Below, in pieces: positions 26,870 to 39,999 of a DNA stretch of 64,000 bases; the stretch's first letter is position 1; each line of letters begins with the position of its first letter. The DNA comes from Eledone cirrhosa (taxonomy: Eukaryota): contig OZ024740.1 of NCBI GenBank assembly GCA_964016885.1, forward strand, positions 368,528,001 to 368,592,000. Reading direction: 5' to 3'. Both the position numbers and the translations under genes were made by a program. The notes under the pieces were generated by a model. That model worked only from the letters and a program-made list of their open reading frames with translations, made no database searches and had not been told where the DNA came from.

Positions 26870-28850
26870 TATCATGGATGGCATCCAAACTTGTTACCTT
26901 TAGTATACCAGTTGGTCCTTCGAAAACAACATTTGTAATGTTTCCTCCGAGCATAAGTTACACGGACGGCGTCCTCCAGTGTAAGAATTAGCTCTGGACA
27001 GTAAGCTCCAAGTGAGATTGTATGTTATATTATTATCTTTGAGGTCCCAGATGTGGCCCGAGAGTGTAGTGGTGTGACGCCGGGCCGGGTTTCTGAAAGT
27101 ATGTCTGTGTAGTTAGAGCCGAGTCTTGAAGTCACAAGCGGTTAATCCTATATAAGCTTTGTTGGAGGTGTCCGTCCTCACGTTGCACTGGTAGATCACA
27201 TTACGATCTCGGCATCTATTGTTGAGGGGGAAAAGGGATCTATCAGGACAGTTGCACCTCCTGATCGGCTCTCCATTGCTGTCTCGGTTATTTCTTCCAT
27301 AGGGGTTGAGTTTTTTGTTGTTAGTGAGACGATGCTTTGTGCAAAGTTAGGTGTGGTGCTGTAGGTGCGTTTAATGGTGTTTTTATTGATTATATTGTGG
27401 TAGCGGTGTTGTAGTGGGAAGTGTTTTTTCGATGAGCCTAAAGAAGATTTTCCCGAAATGTGTTGTCACCTCGGCTTTGTGGGGAGGATTGAACCACGAT
27501 ATGTTGCGTGAGCGGCGGTGTCGCCTATGTGGTTCCGCTAATGGAAGCTGGATGATAGGATATTTCCTCCCGGAAGCAACTTCGCTTGAGGGCCTGGTTG
27601 TAATAAGGTACATGTTCATCGAATATCTGCTCATTAGCGGACACAATGAGATATGCGGAGGGAGATGTTTTTAACCAGCTTAGTGGTGATGTTTCTAGGG
27701 TGGTTCGACGGGCGGTGGATGTAACGCGAGTTGTCGTTTGTTTTCCTGTATGGGTAGTACATATCATTATCGAGGTTAAGTGTAACGTCCAGGTAGTTTA
27801 CTTGGGTTATGTAAGTCTGTGGGGTTATTTTAAATCCCCAGTCGCGCTAGAAGCTAATTAATTGTTTACGGACCCTGTCCGTACTACTGGGGTTGTACCC
27901 TTTGAGGGTAAGGAGCCTATCATCCCGGTACAATCCGCCGCCGAATGCAGGAAACCATTCGGTGAGTTTAAATAGTAAGAATAATCCTATAAGATCAGTG
28001 ACCTCATCTGAATCCGTCGCGCCATACTGACGTCGAAGGGGGAGTCAGGAGCTCTCTTTATCCATTTGGAGTTGTCGAAAAGTGGGACAGTCTTCCTGGC
28101 GTGGAGGATGATATTTCTTTCCTGGTCGGTGATGGGCGCGAGTGCTTCGGCGAAGTGCAAGGCGGCCGTAAGGAGCGGTAAGGTAATTGAAGCATAGTAA
28201 CTCTCTATGTCAAACTGGATGAATTTTGTGTCTCGTTTGTCCTCCATATTGTTGAACCAGAAGATAACTTCTGGGTGTTGACCCATAGGTTAAGTCTCGC
28301 GTTTTGGTTAACTTTTGGTATAACGCGGTCTAGGATTTTTTTACTGATTCTCTCTATGTCGGACTTCGTTGGGGATGGTGGGGATGGAGCAGTGGCCAGA
28401 AATTGCTGTTTGTTTATATATTTGTTTTTTTATATATTTATCTCCTCATCTTTATAATGGCTCGTTTTTTTACTCCCTTTCGATGTACCTACTTGTTCAA
28501 AACCCCACTCCCCTTCTCCAGTACACTTTTTTCGACCTTCTATACACTATCCTTAGAATCTGCTGTAGAGATTTCACTTTCAACGCTTGACTGGGATCCC
28601 CCACTCCCCCTTTGTTCTACCGGCAAGTTCAGCTACCCCCACCCTACCTTCCACTAAATGCCATGATAGAATCAACTCTCTTTACAACAAATGTGTGACC
28701 AATCCTCTTGACAATTACTATATTCCCATATATGCAATTACCCCCTGAGAAGTTCGGCTACTTATTTACCAGTCTAAAAATTCTTATTTAGTCCATAATT
28801 AGCTGTCGAAACGGCTTGAGCTCTGCCGTCGGGGTCATACTTGTCCCTAT
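26870..28850 (-). mobile_element. Decayed Hydra-clade-like PLE (RT-GIY-YIG) with inverted partial pLTR at 28410-28850 (copy C)
   Basis: Fragments FIQFDIESYYASITL, GGLYRDD, WFNPPH, CNCPDRS, KAYIGLT are homologous to ORF 44377-45798; the plus-strand end matches the pLTR ends of copies A/B and runs into (TA)n. Confidence 0.85.
28740..28835 (+). ncRNA. Type I hammerhead motif of the Hydra-like PLE family (core CTGAGAA in this copy)
   Basis: ACCCC-CTGAGAA-GTTCGGCTA...TAGCTGTC-GAAA-CGGC ttgagctct GCCG-TC-GGGGT. Confidence 0.7.
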
Positions 28851-31800
28851 ATATATATATATATGCCAGTATCACAACGAGAAAAATAAAACGTCGGCGT
28901 AAAGAGATTATGAATGTACTATTTATTTGCTTTGACATGTGTCTGTGTCTATTATGAATTGTCTACATATGCTGACTACAATCTATATTGTTCAATGATA
29001 TACAAAAGTTAATTATTTATTACACTTCATCAGAAAGCTTAGAGTGGTGGTATTCAACTAGGCGTAGTGAATAGTTGTATTCTACTATACTTTAGTTGTG
29101 AACATTCCATACCACAGTGGTCATGTGGCATTTTCAGACATGTATTTCTAGGCTTTTATCCGCAACCAATCTTACTGAGTTGAGAATAAACGTGTTTGCA
29201 TATGGTGCAAATTAACAATATTCTGTGTATATTCCTTTGCTTATAATAAGAATTTGAAAGGTTAAGATGAGCTAATAGCAGCACTAGCTTAGGATGCTCT
29301 ACAATAGACGTTTGAATGTTGGACATATTTCTTTTGTGTTGTATCCGTCATCGGTTATGATTCAGATAGGAGAGCTTTTACGTGAGAGCTTATTTGCATA
29401 TAGTGGAAAGAGAAAATATTAGCCTCTGATGCGAATTTGGATGTACTGTGAATTTCACCAGTTAGAACATAATGAACTTTACCAGTTAGGACATATTTAG
29501 AATCTCGGAAGTCAAATGAATGTCTTTAAATAACAAATAATTAGAAGCAATAATCTCGGAGTAAGATATTGGCTTTGTAATTACGTGCATATTCAATAGA
29601 GAGGCTCATTAATCTAATAACAACATGATCAATATTCACAACAATCCCAAATCACTATATGTTTTACGTCTTTGAATTTATTTACAGCATATTTTATCAT
29701 AGGGAAAGATTAATTTTTTGATATGCATGTGTGCTATGGGTACCGAGCGGATTTCGCCTCTGTTGACTGTACTTGGTTTCATGTGTTGCAGTTTGATTGA
29801 GTGAAGCATTAAGTGTACTTAATTTTAATTGATCTATTACTTAGTATCTTCTGGACAATAATGGAAATGACTGCGATTTCTGCCGTTGAATTTTCACTGT
29901 TTTCGTCAAAATCAAGTCTGTTTATAGGATGTATTCTCAATGATATTCCAGCTGTGCACATCTAATATTTCTTTTGTAAAGTATATATATGGCTACATTA
30001 TTGAAATGTCTTATTAGTTTTTATTATACAATTAGAATTAATTTAATTAGATTTGTCTGCCAATTCCATCAGTTCTGAGCATAGTACCACTATCAGTATC
30101 ACATGTTTTGTCTTCGGTTACTTTATATACTGGTATCGTTTTCATTTAGATTGGTTGCGGTCTCTTTATATTTACTATTATTTGCGTTTTCAAGGTAGAA
30201 TGCATTAATAATACATAGAATCAATACATTATATACATTATATTCGTAGATTTAGGGAAAACCGCAATGTGATAAACTAATATTAATATATAGATTAATT
30301 ATTAGTATCAACTCAAACTGTTATTTTTTCATAGCGATCATAAAATTGATTCCATCACTTGAGGTTCGGTATTAGCAGAATAAACCAGAATAGAACTATG
30401 AATTACTAAAATCGTTTGTGTAAGAATATGGGGAATGTAAAAATGAAGGTTTTAATTTCAATTTTGTTTATACTGGATCCAGATTATGTTCCACATGGTC
30501 AGTATAAACATCTTTAAATGAAACGTAAGGGTCCAATATCAGATACATGTTATTTCTTCTGCCAGCGAACTATTTCTGCTAACTGGTAATGAATTAACAT
30601 CGGGGAAGACATTTTTTCATTAGAGTCATACAGCTCTTCCCGGTTCACAGGGAGTGCTCTGAGTTCATCAACTATTTTTCTTCGTAGAGTCATTTATATG
30701 CTTAATGTAGCTTTGCCGTGGGCAAGGAAGTATAATTGATAGCTCGATAGAAATTTCCCTAAGATAGACATAGAAAGACATACCAGCTATTCCGACAAGG
30801 AGTCATCTTATATACAATGGGAAATAAGTTAGTAAGGGGTTAATAGCAGAAACAAATTAAATAGTCATATTTCATCTAACTATATGACTATTTAACATCG
30901 TTATTTTCATTTTCAATTGTTTGGCATATTAGCCAAACTAGTTTCATAAAGTACCCTATATACAGTAATTAAAATATAACGTTGTCTATATATATTCTAC
31001 GTAGTTTTCTTGTGTACTGAATTGAAAGACAGTATATGAATAACTGCAATTTAGATGCAAATTAGAAAGAATATAGACGTTTGAAAGCTTTAAAACCTGA
31101 ATTGTACGACTTAAGCGTATTTATAATAGGTTCTCCATTGTGTGAATGAAATATCTTTTAGATCGATGCTTTCCCAATCCTGTATTCTCAATACACCATA
31201 TGATCTCGAATGACATCCAGCATTCAGTCAGCGTGGATAGAAACACACGCACACATACACACAAATATTGACACTCTCACACACAAACACACACATAGAG
31301 TTATATATATGCATGTCATTCGTACCAGTTCATGATACAGGGTTTATAGTAAAACATATTCAACAAATATTTCTTTTGGTACAAAATTCAATGGCTACCA
31401 CCATCTTTCATTTTACAAACTAATTACAATAATATTCTGTTTTATTTTCTTCAAGCTTTATCTACTAAATATGCACTACACTGACTTTGTTCTTTCTATC
31501 TATCAGAATCGATTAAATATATTACGAAAACGATGATAACTCACACATGCTATATTACTGTTTAGTTGTAGAGGCCATACAGACTGGAATGAATTTGTAA
31601 AAATTAGAATTAATTTTTTGGATGTAAATGCCTTCAAAATAAATGTACGTCTGTATGAAGTGACACTAACATACAACTTTACTAGTAGTTATATGAATAG
31701 AAACTCGAGAGAGATAGTGTAAAATAGAAATATATATATATCGGAATATTTTGGAAAAGCGTTGCTGTTCTAAGAATAATGGCTCCAGGTATTAAACACG

Positions 31801-32280
31801 AAATGTTATATAGCATAAACTTATTATAACAGGTTTTATATTATTTTTAATGAGGCAAAAGGAAATGAAATTAGCTGAAATAGCATTACAGTATTTGTTA
31901 TAATAAAAATGCAAGTAAAGTAGTTCAAATTTGATTAGAGAAATATATTGCTTTTCAGGCAACTTTTCCTATAACTGCGTTATAAACTCCTACACTTGCG
32001 TGATTAACCGAAACAAATATTTGTAAACTGATAACGTAGTCTGGTTGAACCATTGTGTGTAGTGTAGGAGATAGTGTGTTATCAAAAAGCTATGGCAATT
32101 CGAAACGGAGGGTAAATTGTGGGAAAATGAGGGCAACATCGATGTTTATCTGTTACCTTTAATGTTATTTATTTCTCTTAATATTTCGAGATTAAATATA
32201 TTCATCAGAAGATAGCAATAAGCATCTCATTCGGAGCTGTTATGCGTTTGTATGTATAGAATTACCAACTAACATGTGAA

Positions 32281-32620
32281 GGCGCATGGCTTAGTGGTTA
32301 GAGCATTGGGCTCGCAATGGAAAGTTCTGAGTTCGATTCTCGTACTGGGTGATACGTTGTGTCCTTGAGCAACACACTTTATTTCACGTTGCTCCATTGT
32401 ACTCAACTGTAGAAATGGGTTGCGACGTCACTGGTGTCAAGATGTATCGGCCACTGCCTTTCCCTGGACACATCATCGGTGACGTGGAGAAGGGAGGCAG
32501 GTGTGCATGGGCGACTGCTGGTCTTCCACAAACAATCTTGACCGGACTTGTGCCTCGGTAGAAAACTTTCTAGATGCAAATCCCATGGTCATTCGTCACT
32601 GAATGTTGGTTTTAACCATT
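32281..32620 (+). mobile_element. tRNA-derived CORE-type SINE
   Basis: GGCGCATGGCTTAGTGG (A box), GAGTTCGATTC (B box), tgtgtccttgagcaacacactt CORE-like segment shared with 20560-20688. Confidence 0.8.
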
Positions 32621-33460
32621 ACTTACCATCTAACTTTCTTTGTTTGTAATCAATGATCTATTTGAATCTGTAGGAATTAGGGAGAGAGTAACGGCCTATG
32701 CGATATATCATGTGTATGCTGTTCGGTGTATGCGTGTACGTTTGAAATATTGTGCACTTAGTTATAATCATTTGTTCATATTTTTATGTCAAATTATTTA
32801 ATGATGGTGGTTAGTAATCTTATGTATATGTTAACTATTTGATTCACTTACATATTTAGGCTGTGTACGAGTATGTTTATATCAAATATTTTGCCTATAA
32901 TTGTAATTGTGTGTTTAAGTTATTCTGGTCAAGTTATTTAACTTATTCTGTTCAAGGCTATGTGTGTGAGCATTTTTACAATAAGTATTGTATGCTGAGT
33001 TTTAATCTGTTGTTGATTTGATAGCATTTAGCATATCTTTATTCATTCTAAGATTATCGATGTTCATATCGTTGGCTTCTATATTAACTGTTATAGCTTT
33101 GTTGATGTCTTTCCACTTTGTTGATGTCTTGAAGGAGGATGCATGTGTAACTGTATTTTCTCTTACGCATGTATGAAGGGTGTATTGGTACTACCGATTT
33201 AAAAAATATCTCTATTAAATGCGTTATATTGCGTATCCACAGAGGGACATACCACTGTCTTAAATGGGGCAGTATGTTGACGTGTAGAGGCTATTTTTCG
33301 GTAGGTATCGTAGTAGTGAAGGTTGAACTGTGTTAATTGTATATGTTGTCCCACCATACTGATGGGTCTGGATCACCGTGGTTATTAAGCACCGAATTTC
33401 AATGGTATACTCTATTTGGAAATGACACACATCATCTCAACCATGATTGAAGACCACAAT

Positions 33461-33647
33461 AATAATTGTTTCTACTTTTGGCAAAAGGCCAGCAATTATC
33501 CCAGTGCATTACTGGTACTTTATTTTATCGACCCAGTAAGGATGAAAGGCAAAGTTAACCTCAGCAGGATTTGTACCCAGAACGTAAAAGGCCGTAACTC
33601 TATACTGCAAAGCATGTCGTCCGACCTTCTACCGATACTGCCAATCC
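33461..33647 (-). mobile_element. tRNA-derived SINE, full length
   Basis: Near-identical to the 55966-56148 insertion; 5' GGATTGGCAGTATCGGTAGA, central gcctttcatcctt..gggtcgataaaataaagtaccag. Confidence 0.85.
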
Positions 33648-33906
33648 ACAAATTCCCCAGTCGAAGAACATTTCTAGCAAATACAAAATTATTGAACCAT
33701 TTTTATTGCTCTTATTTTCATGTTACATGTATAATGTTATGCTCGTCATAGGTAACAAAAATAGGAATACAAATAGATTTTCATACATATATTAGCTATT
33801 ACAATCCAACATGTATCTTTTTATTTGATGTAGGTTTTCGTAATCACAAAATTATATATTTCTTTTTGTTTTAGAATATAAAAATGAAAACATTAATCAT
33901 GATTAC

Positions 33907-34008
33907 CTTTAAATTTTGTAGTGCTGTATCAGCATCATCAGCAAAGCTCTGTACTTTTAATATAGTAATATTGTTCTTTTCAAGTAAGCTTACCAATCTG
34001 TTAATTGA
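33907..34008 (-). CDS. Internal coding exon of a GABA-B receptor-like class C GPCR (Venus-flytrap / ANF_receptor domain)
   Basis: Pyrimidine-rich acceptor ttttctttattgcag|, 102-nt phase-0 open exon SINRLVSLLEKNNITILKVQSFADDADTALQNLK, donor AAG|gtaatc; by recall resembles the GABA-B segment ..L....I.I...QSF..DP...VKNLK that precedes DARIIVG. Confidence 0.7.
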
Positions 34009-34521
34009 CTGCAATAAAGAAAATGAATAAAATATGAAATACTTTATTGTATATATGAGAAAAAAGCCGAACGTAGATTCATGTGACAAGTAACGGGTAA
34101 AATAAGTTAAGATTATATAAATAAATTAGGGGTGTGAAGGGTCAAAAATATTTAAAATGCAAAATCTAAAAAAGAAATGTTTGACAGTTGCGGCGCTTTA
34201 TATTCTAAGTTTGAATCACATCGAGGTCAATTGTTACTTTCATCGTTCCGATGTCGATAAAATAAGAGTAGTGACATAAATATGAAAGGGGACTTTACTC
34301 TTTTAGGGCGTGTATTGTCTGATTTGGATACCAAAACATTCGCTGTTGTAAAACCATATAAATGAATACTTTATTGAAATGAATATTCTCGCAAGCTTTG
34401 TACGATAAAACGCAGTTAATTAAGTAAAACACCCTGTGTAGCAATTATATTTCACATTAAAATGCGTATAATGTATTGTAGCCGAACAATCAGAAAACAT
34501 TCGATGAAGAAAGAAAAAACA

Positions 34522-34588
34522 TTCTTCTTCTTCTTCTTCTTCTTCTTCTTCTTCTTCTTCTTCTTCTTCTTCTTCTTCTTCTTCTTCT
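34522..34588. repeat. (TTC)n microsatellite
   Basis: Direct sequence. Confidence 0.95.
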
Positions 34589-34609
34589 TTATATTATATC
34601 GAAGCGGTA

Positions 34610-35320
34610 TCATGAGTGGCCTGTGTAAAATCAGTCGATTGAAATTTGCAGACGACAAATCACTTGAGTTGACAGAAGGCGATCTCCGAATTTCACTCTG
34701 TAGGTTTGATATCGAGTGCTTCATAGTTCAATTGAAAGTCAGTGCTGCCAAAATTAGGACGCCCCTCCTCTCAAGGAAGCTTGCGCAGTGCACTCAACAT
34801 ATAAATGGAGTTCTACTGACGCAAGTAGAGAAGTTCATGTATATTCGGGGCGGTGTTCACGAGGCATGAGAGGCAAGATACTGAATTAATTGCAAGAATG
34901 GCAGGAACTGGTGTAGTAATGCTCCAGTATCAGCATTCAGTAATCAGAAGAAGGGGTGGGAGACCAAACTTTCTATCTTCAATTTGGTATTCGTGTCAAC
35001 CCATACCTATGGAAATGACAGAAACAATTCGATCGAGAGAGTGCGTAGCTTAGAGATCAGAGAGTCATTCCAGGTTGAGATACTGCTTCTCTGAATTGAG
35101 AGATCACAGCTCCGATACTATGGGCATGTGGTTAGAATGTCCCAGGGAAGAATCGCTGGACAGATTTTACAGGGCAAAACCAGCCGGCAGGTGAACCTGT
35201 GGTAGACCTCGAACCTGATGGCTGGATAATATCCATGAATGTGGCTGGTTCTGCTTGGGGATCCACCAGGATCAATTGAAGACGGTTTGCTTCTCACAGG
35301 ACCCGCCAGAAGGAGAGTTT
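34610..35320 (+). mobile_element. Degraded RTE-clade LINE 3' fragment
   Basis: Remnants SRLKFADD, QVEKFMYI, LRIERSQLRYYGHVVRM, GRPRT*WLDNI. Confidence 0.75.
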
Positions 35321-35644
35321 GAAGCCTCTGCCAAAAATAGGATTTAAAAGATGCGATAAAAGACTTTTTGCTTATTTCGAAGATTTTGTATTAAAGTAAT
35401 TTTATGATAATCTATATATTTTTGTTTACCATAAATGCTTCCCGCTATATTTACAGCCTTTTCAAAAAGATCTTTCGTTACAGGCTTTCGAAAAAAAAAA
35501 TATTTGCATATTATCTCACAAGGTTGATCATATGTGGGTTTGCTGAAATCAAAGGACGAAACTGGTTTTATCTTTGTCGCTTATGTCGAAAAGTATATAG
35601 TTCATTACATGGAACGTAATTCAGGCTTGTGGATATTATTTTTA

Positions 35645-35829
35645 ATTGGCAGCATCGGCAGAGCGTCAGACACCATGCTTTACAACATGAAGTCATGGCC
35701 CTTTACGTTCTCAGTTCAAATACCGCCGAGTTTAACTCTGCCTTTCATCCTTACGGGGTCGATGAAATAAAGTACCAGTAATGCTCTGAGATAATGGCTG
35801 GATATGTGGCAAAAGTAGAACCAATTATT
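35645..35829 (+). mobile_element. tRNA-derived SINE (diverged copy)
   Basis: attggcagcatcggcagag (A box), cagttcaaatac (B box), gcctttcatccttacggggtcgatgaaataaagtaccag, aaaagtagaa end. Confidence 0.8.
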
Positions 35830-36072
35830 TTTAATAAATATTAGTCTATGTGTAAAACATTGAGTTCGCTTTGACATTACTTAGGAAATTCTTTCCGTCC
35901 AAATCACTTTTACTTGAGTAACACATTCACAACAGTGGAAGGATGGGGAAACAGTAATTGGCCGAATTCGTCATCAGCGTTTCTCTATGAATTGGCTTCG
36001 GTGATATGTTTGTGGTATGTGAGTCCCTCATTTGTTGAGAGTTAACTTTTATACCGTATACCTATATATGTG

Positions 36073-36111
<39 letters not shown>

Positions 36112-36228
36112 ACATATATATATATATATATATATACATATATAGATAATAATAATAATAATAATGAAATTATTGTGTAATTAATATACACATGTCAGGG
36201 AAGTGAGTATATATATATATATACATAC

Positions 36229-36280
<52 letters not shown>

Positions 36281-36285
<5 letters not shown>

Positions 36286-36503
36286 AGTATGTGTTGGTTG
36301 TTTACCGATACCTAAAGAAGCAGGTTAGAGCACTCGACGTCGTACGGAGGTTGGTTTCTTTACTCCGGACTACTTTAAAATAATATGTGTAAGTCAAACA
36401 TGTTAAAATTGGCTTCGTTTATTTTCTTTCGCTGCTATATATATTTCAGCGAATGAGAATAATCGAAGCCACCTTCAACATGTTTTACTTACACATATTA
36501 TTT
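36281..36503. repeat. Short repeat with fold-back end; second diverged copy at 37295-37470
   Basis: tgttggttgtttaccga.acct...gagcactcga...aggttggttt..ttactccgga shared by both copies; palindrome 36378-36503 (aaataatatgtgtaagt...acttacacatattattt). Confidence 0.7.
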
Positions 36504-36513
36504 CATACATATA

Positions 36514-37289
36514 CTAGCAGAAGTACCCAGCGTTGCCTGGGTAGGTAAAATAATATTTGCTTTGAAGAAAAGGTGTTGATCTTAGCGACTGCGAGTTCCT
36601 GGAAAATCGGTCGTAAGGTGTAGCAAATGGCGAAATGTTGAGTGAAATCGTATGACATATGTATGAGGTGGAAAAAATCGTATTTTGAAGAGTTAAACGG
36701 CTGCCACGCCGTCACTGAACAAAAAATGCAAAGTGTAAAGCTACTATAAGATTTACAATGATAGGTTCTATCGTAGTATAAAAGTTGATCCAAATAAATT
36801 GATTTATGTGTGAGGTGGATTTATGTGGGAGATTTCGAATTTGAACAAATTAGTTTGATTAATGTGGGAGCGAAAGCCGAAAAGATGTAAATTTGAGTCT
36901 AAAAGTGGTATGTTTGAATATTTAAACAACTGCCACGCCGTCCCTGAACAAAAAATGCAAAATATAAACCCATTACAAGATGTGCAATGATATATTCTAT
37001 TTTGCTTTAAAATTTAAACAAAATCGGTGGCAAAATGTGGGAGCTAGAGCCAAACAACTTATTTTTCGATACCTAAAAAAAGGTGACTCCCCTATCGAAT
37101 TTTATCTGCAGAATGACCCCGGAATAAAAAAAAAACGATACGCTGATATATAGAAAACATTCCCAGATGACTGATCTATGAGCCTGTAAAGTTTCATGAA
37201 AATCGGTCGTAAGATGTAGGCCCCTATAGGTAATACACAGACACACAGACACACACACACACACATACTTAATTTTATATATATACAGA
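36514..37289 (-). mobile_element. Non-autonomous Helitron
   Basis: Minus strand starts a|TCTGTATATATATAAAA with a (GT)n tract and ends with hairpin ACCCAG gcaacg CTGGGT followed by CTAG|t; A/T insertion site, no TSD; internal duplicated ctgccacgccgtc.ctgaacaaaaaatgcaa. Confidence 0.8.
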
Positions 37290-37791
37290 TATTTATTGAA
37301 TATATGTTGGTTGTTTACCGACACCTCAGTATATGGATTGGAGCACTCGAAGAAGTATGCAGGTTGGTTTGTTTACTCCGGAGTAATGTAAAATAATTAA
37401 GTCAAATATGTAAAATATGTAAAATATTTAAACGAAGCTAAATTTTACATATTTGACTTAATTATTTTTATATATATATATATATCGAATTGCAACCGTG
37501 ACCATCTTCACAGAAAGTTTCGTGAAATCAAGACTATACAGAGTATTTGTAGTTGTCCCAAATTGAAGGATGATTATTTTAAACTTTAATTTATCTTGAG
37601 CTAAGGTTCTATTGATTTCTCCCTGGATTTCCCTAAATTCTGTGGATAAATCTATATCCTGATTCTTTTTGAATTGAGTTTGAATTATTTTCCCACATCT
37701 TACGTTAACTATTTTCCAATTTTGACGCTATAGTCACTTATATATTATAGAATACTTTTGGCTTCTTGCTACACTAATTTCTATATCTTTC

Positions 37792-37877
<86 letters not shown>

Positions 37878-38129
37878 ACAGGGAGAAATAGACGATTATT
37901 AAGAAGAACAATATTTTTTTCCCTTTTTATATATTTCTCTCATTTTCTGGGTTAGAAAATGATTAAAGCGAAATATTTTACTTTGTGTGAAGTGTTAAGG
38001 TATTAGTTGATTTATTTATTAATTAACAATGGCATTTATTTATCTATTTATATATTTAATAATTGTCTATTACCGGTTTCAGTATTTTTATGCATTATCA
38101 AATAATAGTAATATGTATTTGGGGACCCA

Positions 38130-38207
38130 CTCTCTACCGCAAAGTTCTAGACAAATAGGGCAACGACTTCTAACAACACATAGAAAAGAACTAGAAGATA
38201 TCTAGAC
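38130..38207 (+). pseudogene. Neptune-like PLE RT fragment interrupted by the hAT element (continues 40643-40660)
   Basis: LYRKVLDK*GNDF*QHIEKN.. then RYLD|DCFILW after removing 38208-40634 and one TSD copy. Confidence 0.7.
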
Positions 38208-38689
38208 CAAAGGTTCTCAACTGGGGGCATATGCATCCCCGGGGACGTTTCAGAACTCCAGGGGGCGTTTGAGAGCAAGTGGTAGTTAGGGGGCGTTTGC
38301 AGCTAGGAGGGTGCGCTAGAAGGCGCTTTACTTTGGTAAGTTTTATAAGCCATATTTGTATGTCTTTGAGACAGCCAGTGTGAATGCATTTGAACGAGCA
38401 TGCAGGCAGCATAACTATGGTCTGACCGCAGCTCTGAACAGGTTTGCAGGCGTCTCTAGACATTAACCGGCAATTGAGATCTTAAAAATGGAAAATCCCA
38501 CAGTCAACTGGGTCAAGGATACTTTGAGCGCAGCAAATTAGAATCTTGACTTTCCTTCACCGATAACAATGTATTTTATGTCTGAAGTTATTGACTCAAC
38601 CGTAACGAGTTAACACTATGTAGATCTATTTTATTCCCTATTGTATAAATAAATAAAAAAATAAAAGAAGAAACACAGAAGCGGGTAGC

Positions 38690-38960
38690 ACACACATCTA
38701 GGACCACATAGAACACATACGATGGTAATACACACATCTAGGACCATATACAACACATAAGGAGATAATACACACATCTAGGAACACATGCAACACATAA
38801 GGAGGTAATACGCACATCTAGGACCACATACTACACTCAAGCAGGTAATACATACAGCTATGACCACATGCAATACATAAGCAGGTAATACATACATCTA
38901 GGACTACATACAACATACAGGCAGGAAATACATACATCTAAGACCACATACAACACACAT
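38690..38960. repeat. ~39-40-bp minisatellite inside the hAT element
   Basis: About 7 units of aggtaatacacacatctaggaccacatacaacacataag-like sequence. Confidence 0.85.
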
Positions 38961-39079
38961 TCTATCATGTGCTAGGAACGACGCAAGAGCAATGGGTCGG
39001 CCAACATAAGGGTTTCGTCACTCTTTTGAAGAGAGAAAATCTATCTGTATTTGCTGTTCATTGGCTGCGAAGTAACTCA

Positions 39080-39999
39080 GCGAGTAGCTGAGCAAGTCCT
39101 TGCAGGTGGCCTTTGATGTCGTCAATTTTATCAATTTTATCAAACGGATTTCCCGCAATGAACGAACTTTTCGGCAACTGTGCCAAGATAATGACGAAGA
39201 ATTCGTCAATTTGCTCCATACTGAAGTGAGGTGGCTTTCAAAGGGCCTTACGCACTTCATTGAACTCTTCGATTCTATCATTGAGTTTCTGCGAGGACGC
39301 AACACAGAACTGTACAAGAAAACCCTGGACATCTTCGACAAATGCAATAGCGTCATTTTGGCTTTGAAGGGGAAGAAGATCACCTTGCTTAAAGCAAGGA
39401 ATGCTGTGAAAACATTCCTGGCCAAATTGAATGTCATCGAAAAGAATCTTTGTTGACGGGAATTCTATAATTTCCCTAGTTTTGCCAATGTTCAAAACGT
39501 TGTAAGTGATGACCAACTCCAAATAAAAACCACTCACCTCCGTGCGCTACAAGACAACACGAGAGAACGGTTTGTTGACCTTTTGCCGATGGCCATCCCA
39601 ATGTGGATAGCAGATCCCTTCATAGCTACCGTCGATGATTTGGACGTTAAATTTCGGGAAGAATTCATTGAACTTCAAGCAGATGACATGATCAAAATTA
39701 AATTTTCCAAAAAAGGTGAACCCCTTTTTGGGATGCAAGAGGAAATTCAGCGTCGATTTCCACTCCTACATGCAGAGGCTAAGAGATTTGCTCTGCCTTT
39801 TCCAAGCTCACACTTAGTCGAGAGGAGGTTTGGCGCTGTTTCCAGACTGTACAGTAAGGCTCGCAACGGCTACAATGTAATTACACGTGGAGATCTTCGG
39901 CTACATCTTACGAACATCCAGCCTGGCGTCAAAAAGTTAGCTATACTCCATGAAGCTCAAGCGTCCCATGGAAATAAGGTCAAAGTTAAAGTGAGTTGA
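39080..39999 (+). pseudogene. C-terminal part of a Buster/ZBED5-like hAT transposase
   Basis: VVNFI..IK..R.FRQLC, LLHTEVRWLSKG, WIADPF, ALPFPSSHLVERRFGAV, GDLRLHLTNIQP; stops and deletions. Confidence 0.85.

Noticed and set aside
32281-32350. tRNA-like A/B boxes (also 20620-20688 and 56070-56148)
   Set aside because: No cloverleaf; these are the tRNA-derived heads of SINEs
35985-36000. CTGATGA on the minus strand near 35970-35980
   Set aside because: No correctly placed stem II or GAAA follows it
38690-38960. Regularly spaced repeats that superficially resemble a CRISPR array
   Set aside because: Units are tandem with no unique spacers, lie inside a hAT element, and the DNA is eukaryotic with no cas genes
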